Shown here piece by piece: positions 16,721 to 23,523 of a stretch of 64,000 nucleotides of DNA. The notes beneath the pieces are model-generated. The model was given only the letters and a program-made list of their open reading frames with translations, did no database searches and was not told where the DNA came from. How positions within the stretch are numbered: the stretch's first letter is position 1; the number at the start of each line of letters is the position of its first letter. The stretch spans positions 1,927 through 65,926 of the forward strand of contig DAOSXE010000015.1 of NCBI GenBank assembly GCA_035380285.1, written 5' to 3'. The position numbers and the translations under genes are program-made. Source of the stretch: a bacterium. Its GTDB lineage: Bacteria; Auribacterota; Erginobacteria; Erginobacterales; DAOSXE01.

Positions 16721-18534
16721 CAGGATTCAAATTTTCTGATTCGCAGGTTAACGAATTCAACAACTTTCCGCCAAAGACTGGCGATTGAAACTTTGCTGCC
16801 AAGCGAGAGTTCTCCTTCATACTGAAGAAGAAGAGGAATGATCGGTATAGTTACCTTTAGCTTGTCCGTAACAGAAATATCAGACTTCAGCACAGTGGAA
16901 GTAACGGAGACCCGTTCTGCGACCTTAGGCAAAATGGCTGAAGATTTTATGGTGTCACAGAGCGTCGCTAACACCTCTCTGGATTCTTCAAGCAGCGCTT
17001 TCATCTCCTCTGTTTCAGGCTCATGGTCCATCGCTGAGACGAATGACTCGACAACAACATCCCGGGCCGTTCTCGCCTCTGATACCGCCTCTGTAGCAGC
17101 GATCTTCCCTGCCATCTGAAGTTGTTCGTATTCCATGACAGACGCGACGACTCTGCCCCGTATCTCTAGGATATCTTCCTCAAGCCGCTGGATGCTTTTG
17201 GGTCGGTCCTCGACTCTCAGGGTATCTTCAGTGCGTTTGAGAAGGACGAAGTCCTTGCGTAGATTATCCCGAATATCTTCCAGCCTCTGTTTCTCTACCG
17301 GTATCCCGTTAGCCACTGTTTCGTCCTTCCTCTCTTCACAGGATCTGGGAACGCCGACGATTCTCCTCACATCGGTCAGAATATCCTTTGGGGCCGATGC
17401 CTCGGAGACAGCGCCAAGAATATGCACCAATGCTGTCACGCTCGAACGTATCCGCTCTGGGTCCGAAAGCAACCCGCGTCCCATTTGAATCATCACGTCC
17501 GCACCAAATGTCTCAACGTTCTGAAATATTTCTTCGAGGAAAATACTTCCCGAAGAAACAGCGAAGCATGGTCTGAGACCATACTGATCGCCCTGTAGCT
17601 TTTCGATTTCCTCCTTCAATATTGCTTGCTCATACGGAAAATCCTGGGTGAACGGCCCTGTGTAGACAGCATCTCCACCTGCAAGTCGCGAAAGTAGGGC
17701 AATTACCTGCTCCGCTAGGTAGTGCGTGCTCTTGCGCGTCAATACACCCCGGCCGATGTTGTTCACAACGAATGCTGTCTGACCATCACACGTATCGATC
17801 ACATGCCTGACAGCCGAAAAACCCATCGCGATACAGTTGAGGGTAAAACCACAAACGCCATGGCGCTGTCCATCCTCGACCAAGCGCAAGGATGTCTCCA
17901 CATCTGCGGTTGCATTCATGAAGTAGCCCAACTTGCGCCCCGTTTTCTCTTGGGCTGCAGTAACTACGGTTTCAATGGCCTGTGCGCGTTGTCCAAATGG
18001 ACTACAACTTGGGGACACGAGCAACTCGTCGTCAATCACGTAGTCAACACCACCCTCCAATGCTCTTTGCACTGTTGGGAGAATATCAGATAGACTCATG
18101 CGCAACCGCGGTTTCAGGATGAGCCCCAGAAGCGGCCGTTGGGAAACACCAAGAAGCTTCCTAATCCCTGATACACCATACCTTGGCCCCTTGTATTCAT
18201 CGAGGCAAACTTTGGGCAATGCCAGATCCACCACGGCAAATCGCTTCAGCGCTGAAAAGACAGAGCAATAGCACACACTCCCTAGGAGCATGGCGAGACC
18301 CGTACCAAGTCCAGCAGAACAAGGCGGCAGGGACAAAAGCACTTCAAGCTCGTTCTTGGATTGATCAATCTCACGAACATCGAGAATCTCTGGGTCTTCG
18401 TGAAATTCACAAGGCTCATCGGTACGTCGCAGCGGAATCGTTCCGGTGCTGCCTAGATCCATCGCAGCGAGGAGTTGCTTCAGCCCCTTCTCACGGTTTT
18501 CTAGGATCATGTGAAGTGTTACAGTTGCATGCAT
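16720..18534 (-). CDS. Divergent RuBisCO large-subunit-like protein (RLP) with ~240-aa C-terminal extension
   Basis: N-domain AAMDLGSTGT. Barrel blocks GPRYGVSGIRKLLGVSQRPLLGLILKPRL, GGVDYVIDDE, TGRKLGYFMNAT, LSRLAGGDAVYTG, AVSSGS, MIQMGRG are collinear with RuBisCO/RLP blocks. IDDE replaces KDDE. Confidence 0.75.
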   Translation of the reverse strand: MHATVTLHMILENREKGLKQLLAAMDLGSTGTIPLRRTDEPCEFHEDPEILDVREIDQSKNELEVLLSLPPCSAGLGTGLAMLLGSVCYCSVFSALKRFAVVDLALPKVCLDEYKGPRYGVSGIRKLLGVSQRPLLGLILKPRLRMSLSDILPTVQRALEGGVDYVIDDELLVSPSCSPFGQRAQAIETVVTAAQEKTGRKLGYFMNATADVETSLRLVEDGQRHGVCGFTLNCIAMGFSAVRHVIDTCDGQTAFVVNNIGRGVLTRKSTHYLAEQVIALLSRLAGGDAVYTGPFTQDFPYEQAILKEEIEKLQGDQYGLRPCFAVSSGSIFLEEIFQNVETFGADVMIQMGRGLLSDPERIRSSVTALVHILGAVSEASAPKDILTDVRRIVGVPRSCEERKDETVANGIPVEKQRLEDIRDNLRKDFVLLKRTEDTLRVEDRPKSIQRLEEDILEIRGRVVASVMEYEQLQMAGKIAATEAVSEARTARDVVVESFVSAMDHEPETEEMKALLEESREVLATLCDTIKSSAILPKVAERVSVTSTVLKSDISVTDKLKVTIPIIPLLLQYEGELSLGSKVSIASLWRKVVEFVNLRIRKFES

Positions 18535-18543
18535 AATCGATCC

Positions 18544-19113
18544 TTAGTGCTTAACGTCAATGACTTTGCCATCTACAAGAAAGGTTCCGCTCGTCAAGTG
18601 GTACACCTGCGGTATTGCACTTCTCAGTTTTATCTTATCCTCTGAGAACAATTCTTTATCGATATCTGCTGCAACGACCAATCCAACAACAACGTGGTGG
18701 TTTCCTGCCTCCTTGTGCCATTGCAGCTTACATTCCAGATTGACTGCACATTCTGCTATCCGCGCGGGCTTCACCTTGTTCCTCGCATATGGTGTCAATC
18801 CCGTTTCCTCAAACTCATCCACGGCCGGCGGATACTCGTTAGCAGCCTGGTAAAGTTGAGTCAGAATCTTGCTCGTAGGAATTCCTACCACAAACTCGCC
18901 GGTCTTTGAGATATTCTTGAAGGTGTCAGACTTTGGCGAGATACCAAGCGCAACCATCGGGGGGCACGTCGAACACGGCGTGAACATAGCGTAGGGTGCC
19001 AAGTTCTTAACCCCCGCTGTGTCGACCGTTGACACGAGTACAACAGGGGACGGCTGAACCAAGTAGACAACTTTTGCAACTTTGTCTAAGACCTCGATCT
19101 TCTGATACTTCAT
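18544..19113 (-). CDS. Flavin reductase-like (FMN-binding split-barrel) protein
   Basis: 189 aa. PSPVVLVSTVDTAGVKNLAPYAMFTPCSTCPPMVALGISPKSDTFKNISKTGEFVVGIP matches the flavin reductase-like domain pattern. Confidence 0.7.
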   Translation of the reverse strand: MKYQKIEVLDKVAKVVYLVQPSPVVLVSTVDTAGVKNLAPYAMFTPCSTCPPMVALGISPKSDTFKNISKTGEFVVGIPTSKILTQLYQAANEYPPAVDEFEETGLTPYARNKVKPARIAECAVNLECKLQWHKEAGNHHVVVGLVVAADIDKELFSEDKIKLRSAIPQVYHLTSGTFLVDGKVIDVKH

Positions 19114-21059
19114 CTTGTATCTCCTCTCATCTGATCTACCATTTCAACCAAATCCGCAAAAACAAGGTCTGGCCGGGAATCATGCGTGCGTCGAGCCACA
19201 TCTTCAGCAGTACTTATCCCTCCAAGAACAAGGCAAGCCAACGCTCCAGCCTTTCTGGCTGCTGCTATGTCAGTATCGAGCGAATCCCCAATTACGGCTA
19301 CCTCTTGCGGTTTCATACCCATAAGATGAAGTAGAAGGCGAAGCGAGAAGTCATTTGGTTTCCCCACGACAAAGGGCGATTTGCCAGTTACTGTTTCAAT
19401 TGCAGCCACAATCCAGCCAGTTCCGGGCTTGTCCATACCCGGAGCAGCGAACACACGATCCCGGTCCGTGCATACGAACTCCGCACCCTTCAAAATTGCT
19501 CGCTGGGCTGCCACTAGGTCGGCATATATGAAATCCTTTGAATAGCCAACGACAACTGCGTCAATGTAACCAGTGTGATCATTGGCGGCGATATCCATGC
19601 CACCGCAGGCGAGCAACTCAGGTAGTGCTGGTGCTCCACCCAGCACCAAGCAACACCTGTATCCCTTAGTGCGGCAATACTCGGCAGCGGCAATAGTGGA
19701 CGTCATGATATGCCGCGGGTCCGCTATCACGGCCATCTGGCCGAGTTTGTCTGCTAACTCCTGCTGCCTTCTTACGCTCGTGTTTGTCAAGAAGCCAACT
19801 GTAACGCCAGATTGTCGCAAAATGCGAATGGCCGCGAGGCTGGCTTCTATCGGCTTGTCTCCTTTATAGAGAACACCGTCGAGATCCAGCACAACTCCCC
19901 GTTTTGAAGCCAGATCCCGCAGCTTATCCGTGGACTTTACTGGCACCCTCGGATGGCGTGGCTCGCGTGGGCGTGAACATTGGATCGTATAGAGCGACCT
20001 CACGGCGGTATTCCAGGATAGCTTGTACTCTTCATGGCCGCGCATGAAATCAACTTCCTGTAGCCCGTTATCGCAAGCCCATCGAATCGCTTCACCCAAT
20101 AGCACTAGCCCCGGAGAACAATCGTCTAACGCCAAATCAAAGGATGTGTTCCAGTCATAGTATCTGCCACCACGGATGAAGCCCATCCGATAAGCAACTA
20201 TGTTGCCGTTCAGAAGCAGATGAAAAAGACAGAAATTCCCGGTTCCGGCGAAATCTTTCGCAACGTCATGAATGAAGCCTCTGCGCCTTGTGTCGGCAAA
20301 TGCTTGGACTCCGTGAATACTGTCCCAACGAGTATCATGGAGATCAAATAGACGTTCGAGGGTTTCATGGTCGTAATCCCGGACAACTTGGAGTTCTACC
20401 TTGCCGCGGCGGCGCAGAGCCCGCATCTTGCGGTTCAGCATTCGCCGCCGGTTTCTTGTCCGTGACTTAAGATACTTATCCCAAGAACAACCAAGTTCTA
20501 TATACGGCGCATCCTCTGCCCTGACAATAACCGGTGATAGACCGCAATCTTGAAGTGCACGTGTTACAATGTGCAAGGTGACGTCATCTTGCCGTATGTT
20601 TTGTAGCCTTATTTCATCCCATTCCAAATGGTCGCACATCGCGGCTGCGATGCGGTCGATAGGATCACATGCAAAGGCCGAGAAGACTCCGCCTAGGTAG
20701 TCACTACAACAATCAGAAAGAAGCGTAAGGATCGTATGGGATCCTACGCGTTTGCGCATCAGAGGCAGAATGGCAAGAACGTCATCTCCCAGCGCGGCCC
20801 AGAAGATGGACAATTCCCTGTCAGAACCGAAGTGGCCCCACCAGTACGAAAGCCAACGTGGATCAACCGAGACTGGAAGGTTAGGCTGTTTTTCAAGGAT
20901 CTTAACCCAGTGAGGGTAGATTGCGGACCACTCCTCATTGCTCCTCACAACACCGACCTGGGCCCTACGATAGTCGCGTTCCGTCGACATGTAGTTACGC
21001 AGGGAATATTGCCAACTTGTCTGTGATGCATCCAGCCAGCTATCGCTGCACATCATCAC
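19110..21059 (-). CDS. Fusion protein: GNAT-type (FemAB/CelD-like) acyltransferase + HAD-IIA (NagD-like) phosphatase
   Basis: The N-terminal ~360 aa end in VDFMRGHEEYKLSW (CelD/BioF2-like GNAT pattern). The C-terminal part has VVLDLDGVLYKG, FLTNTS, VGKPN and IGDSLDTDIAAARKAGA, which are HAD motifs I-IV of the IIA subclass. Confidence 0.7.
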   Translation of the reverse strand: MMMCSDSWLDASQTSWQYSLRNYMSTERDYRRAQVGVVRSNEEWSAIYPHWVKILEKQPNLPVSVDPRWLSYWWGHFGSDRELSIFWAALGDDVLAILPLMRKRVGSHTILTLLSDCCSDYLGGVFSAFACDPIDRIAAAMCDHLEWDEIRLQNIRQDDVTLHIVTRALQDCGLSPVIVRAEDAPYIELGCSWDKYLKSRTRNRRRMLNRKMRALRRRGKVELQVVRDYDHETLERLFDLHDTRWDSIHGVQAFADTRRRGFIHDVAKDFAGTGNFCLFHLLLNGNIVAYRMGFIRGGRYYDWNTSFDLALDDCSPGLVLLGEAIRWACDNGLQEVDFMRGHEEYKLSWNTAVRSLYTIQCSRPREPRHPRVPVKSTDKLRDLASKRGVVLDLDGVLYKGDKPIEASLAAIRILRQSGVTVGFLTNTSVRRQQELADKLGQMAVIADPRHIMTSTIAAAEYCRTKGYRCCLVLGGAPALPELLACGGMDIAANDHTGYIDAVVVGYSKDFIYADLVAAQRAILKGAEFVCTDRDRVFAAPGMDKPGTGWIVAAIETVTGKSPFVVGKPNDFSLRLLLHLMGMKPQEVAVIGDSLDTDIAAARKAGALACLVLGGISTAEDVARRTHDSRPDLVFADLVEMVDQMRGDTR

Positions 21060-21064
21060 TCCTG

Positions 21065-21262
21065 TTACTTGCTTTTTTCTTCCCGGGCGGCGAGATTCTC
21101 CTCAATCATGCGTGACACAATCCAAGAGAGCGAACGCTCCTCTTTCTCCGTCAACTCTTCCAAGATTTCTTAGACTTGCGGGGTAACTCGGACGCTCAGG
21201 AGTTTTATTTTCAGTTCAACCTTGTGCCTTTTCGTAGGGTGTACGACGTCATGCATTTGCAT
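21065..21262 (-). pseudogene. Ribbon-helix-helix (CopG/Arc-like) regulator gene interrupted by an in-frame TAA
   Basis: My translation is MQMHDVVHPTKRHKVELKIKLLSVRVTPQV*EILEELTEKEERSLSWIVSRMIEENLAAREEKSK*. The internal TAA is at 21170-21172. The strand-helix-helix pattern is continuous across the stop. The gene ends 5 nt before the 649-aa gene, which has an AGGAG RBS. Confidence 0.55.
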
Positions 21263-21330
21263 GCTGATTTTAATAATATATGATGTGTATGCTGTGTGAT
21301 GATAGTAGAAAGAAGAAGGATCCGATAAAC
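21263..21330 (-). promoter_or_regulatory. AT-rich putative promoter region of the island operon
   Basis: This is the most AT-rich stretch in the window (minus strand ...CATCATATATTATTAAAATCAGC-ATG). Several TATATT/TATTAT -10-like hexamers lie just upstream of the RHH start. I found no clear -35 or SD. Confidence 0.25.
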
Positions 21331-21572
21331 TGCTTTCTGTATGCCCATTAGTCGATTGATTAGTCCACCCGTCAGATGCTATAAATTGAGGCGCAGGTCA
21401 CGGGACTTTTGGAGTATGCCCAGAAGGAACGTCTGCATCGTGGAGAAGTTTACGGAATTCATGACAGCATGGAAACCGGGCTGACCGGTTTTCAATGCAA
21501 TGATGGATCGGGGAGTCAAATGCGCTGCTCGCGTGGCTCCCTGACCGCTTCGGGCGTAACCCACTCGGCGGG

Positions 21573-21677
21573 GGCCGCGGCGATTTTTCCATGCATTTCG
21601 AACACTACGCCGCCGTGCCCTTCTCCCTGGCGGAGGAGATCGTGGAACGACGGCGCCGGGAAGAGAAAATTCCCTGA
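21573..21677 (+). pseudogene. Orphan 3' fragment of fusA (last 34 codons + stop) inside repeat copy 2
   Basis: It encodes [34 protein letters not shown]. The upstream sequence in the same frame has no resemblance to EF-G. Confidence 0.85.
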
Positions 21678-21704
21678 AGCGGCGGCCGCGAGGGGGCCCG
21701 GCGG

Positions 21705-21736
21705 AAAAAAACCGGCTCCCCGGGGGAGGGAACCGG
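21705..21736 (-). terminator. Rho-independent terminator candidate downstream of tRNA-Ala
   Basis: On the minus strand a hairpin (outer CCGG/CCGG, inner CTCCC-CCG-GGGAG) is followed by T7 (plus-strand A-run 21705-21711). It starts 4 nt after the tRNA 3' end. Confidence 0.45.
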
Positions 21737-21739
21737 TCG

Positions 21740-21812
21740 TGGAGCTGAGGGGATTCGAACCCCTGACCCCATGGCTGCCAGCCATGTGCTCTCCCAGCTG
21801 AGCTACAGCCCC
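21740..21812 (-). tRNA. tRNA-Ala (anticodon GGC)
   Basis: A 73-nt cloverleaf folded by hand: acceptor GGGGCUG/CAGCUCC with the G3:U70 alanine identity pair, D-arm GCUC-AGCUGGGA-GAGC, anticodon loop CU-GGC-AG, T-arm AGGGG-UUCGAAU-CCCCU, A73. No CCA is encoded. Confidence 0.95.
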
Positions 21813-21826
21813 GATCAATCGGGTCA

Positions 21827-21854
21827 ACTATAGCCGCGGAGCCGATCTAGTCAA
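21827..21854 (-). promoter_or_regulatory. Sigma-70-type promoter of tRNA-Ala
   Basis: Minus strand: TTGACT (21849-21854), 16-nt spacer, TATAGT (21827-21832), 14 nt before the mature 5' end. An A/T-rich tract lies upstream. Confidence 0.55.
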
Positions 21855-21926
21855 ATAAAAACTGCAGCGCCGTTCCCGACGCTGCCCGGGGCCGCGGGTT
21901 GTGGTATACTCAAAAGGCGGGAACCC

Positions 21927-23465
21927 ATGAACCGGATACTGCCGATAATCTGCTTGAGCGCGGCGATAGCGGGCGGGGGCTGCTCCGCCGAGGATAAGCC
22001 GGCGGCGGGGGCGGGCGAACGGAAGCCGGTCCTGGCGGGCTCCTACTATCCCGCCGACCCCGGCGAACTCAAACGGGAAGTGGATGCCCTGCTTGCCGCC
22101 GCCCCCGAAGTTTCCGTTCCCGGGAGGCTGCTGGCCGTGGTCGCTCCTCACGCCGGTTACGTTTATTCGGGACCCACCGCCGCCGCCGCCTTCAAGGCCG
22201 TGCGGGGGAGGAAGATCGCCACGGTCGTACTCGTCGGCTGCGCCCACCGGGTCGGCTTCCCCGGCGTCTCCGTCCCCGATTTCTCCTCTTACCGGACCCC
22301 CCTGGGGGCGGTGCCGGTCGATTCGGTTCTGGCGGAGCGGATCCGGGCGGCCGCCCCGGAGATTGTCAGCATTCCCGGGGTCCACCGCAGCGAACCCACC
22401 CTGGAGGCGGAGATCCCCTTCATCCAGACGGTGCTCCCCGACGCCCGGATCGTGCCGGTTTTGATCGGGGATGCGCCGCCGGCGGCCTTGGCCGCGCTGG
22501 GAACGGTCCTGGGCGACATTCTCAGGGACGATCCGGAAACGATCGCGGTCTGCAGCACCGATCTCAGCCACTACCCCGGCGTCGAAGACGCGGCCCGGGT
22601 CGACCGGCAGACGCTTGAAGCCGTGGCGGCGCTCGATCCTTCCCGTCTCGACCTGGTCCGGGAGCGCTTCGAAGGCGGGAACGTTCCCAACCTGGTCTGC
22701 GTCATGTGCGGATTCCGGGGGGTCAAGGCCGTCGTTGCCGCGGCCCTCCGGGCCGGGGCCGACGGAGCCGCCGTCATCGCCTACGCCAATTCGGCCGATT
22801 CCCCGGCGGGGAACCCCGACTCCGTGGTCGGTTACGGCGCGGTGGCGATTTACGATTCCGAACGAGACCGAGCGGACAATCAGGAGGAGCAGCCCATGAA
22901 CACCGCCACCGACGCAAATCTCTCGCCGAAGGCCCGGGCGGAACTGCTGAAGACGGCCCGCGAAGCCCTGACCGCGGTCGTCAACGGCAGGCCGCTTCCC
23001 GATTCCCCCATCGACGACCCCGAACTCCAGGGGCACCGGGGCGCGTTCGTCACCCTCAACGAAAACGGGGCCCTGCGCGGGTGCATCGGCCAGTTCACCG
23101 CCGACGAGCCCCTCTACCGGGTGGTGCGCACCATGGCCCGCGAAGCCGCCCTCCACGATCCCCGTTTCGTCCCGGTCTCCCCCGCCGAAGCGGACCGGAT
23201 CGACATCGAAATCTCGGTTCTCTCCCCCATGCGGCGGATCTCCGATCCCCTCCGGGAGGTGGTGCCGGGCAAACACGGCATCTACATCCGGCGGGGGGCG
23301 CGGGGGGGCACCTACCTGCCCCAGGTCGCCACCGAACACCACATGGGACTGGAGGAGTTCCTCTCCTCCTGCTGCGCCCACAAAGCCGGCCTGGCTCCCG
23401 ACGCCTGGAAAGACCCGGAGACGGAGGTCTACGTCTACACCGCCGAGGTCTTCGGCGAGGAGTGA
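21927..23465 (+). CDS. Fusion of MEMO1-like (AmmeMemoRadiSam system protein B) and AMMECR1 (system protein A) domains
   Basis: N-half: AGSYYPADPGEL...VAPHAGYVYSGPTAAAAF...STDLSHY. C-half: GAFVTLNENGALRGCIG...HGIYIRRGARGGTYLPQVA. The N-terminus is hydrophobic, MNRILPIICLSAAIAGGGCS. Confidence 0.8.
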   Translation: MNRILPIICLSAAIAGGGCSAEDKPAAGAGERKPVLAGSYYPADPGELKREVDALLAAAPEVSVPGRLLAVVAPHAGYVYSGPTAAAAFKAVRGRKIATVVLVGCAHRVGFPGVSVPDFSSYRTPLGAVPVDSVLAERIRAAAPEIVSIPGVHRSEPTLEAEIPFIQTVLPDARIVPVLIGDAPPAALAALGTVLGDILRDDPETIAVCSTDLSHYPGVEDAARVDRQTLEAVAALDPSRLDLVRERFEGGNVPNLVCVMCGFRGVKAVVAAALRAGADGAAVIAYANSADSPAGNPDSVVGYGAVAIYDSERDRADNQEEQPMNTATDANLSPKARAELLKTAREALTAVVNGRPLPDSPIDDPELQGHRGAFVTLNENGALRGCIGQFTADEPLYRVVRTMAREAALHDPRFVPVSPAEADRIDIEISVLSPMRRISDPLREVVPGKHGIYIRRGARGGTYLPQVATEHHMGLEEFLSSCCAHKAGLAPDAWKDPETEVYVYTAEVFGEE

Positions 23466-23523
23466 ACCCCGGCGGGGCGGCTCCTCCCGGTTCCGGTTTC
23501 ATCTGGATTCCGGGCGGCGAATA

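Larger units (their letters stand above)
11089..21572. mobile_element. Low-GC genomic island (integrated element, no recognisable integrase) between fusA and tRNA-Ala
   Basis: Bounded by the 174-bp direct repeats. GC is visibly lower, about half by eye. The long alternative-frame ORFs that cover the flanks disappear here. All genes are on the minus strand with small gaps or overlaps. Confidence 0.8.
21573..21746 (+). repeat. Direct repeat copy 2 (174 bp), running 7 nt into the 3' end of tRNA-Ala
   Basis: Identical to 10915-11088. The sequences diverge immediately outside both ends. Confidence 0.9.

Noticed and set aside
21573-21677. Possibility of a second functional fusA copy.
   Set aside because: Only the last 34 codons are present. 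The upstream sequence in frame is unrelated to EF-G and has no start codon, so this is a duplicated fragment created by the insertion.
21379-21801. Short ORFs (61-130 aa, both strands) in the tRNA-proximal arm of the island, considered as candidate integrase or excisionase remnants.
   Set aside because: They have no recombinase-like motifs (no R..H..R..Y pattern, no HTH excisionase pattern). They run across the repeat and the tRNA, so they look like chance ORFs.
21828-23381. 517-aa minus-strand ORF opposite the MEMO-AMMECR1 gene. Also 23572..25518 (-, 648 aa) opposite the SpoIIE sensor gene.
   Set aside because: The plus-strand genes carry clear domain motifs. The minus-strand translations are low-complexity G/D/R/P strings.
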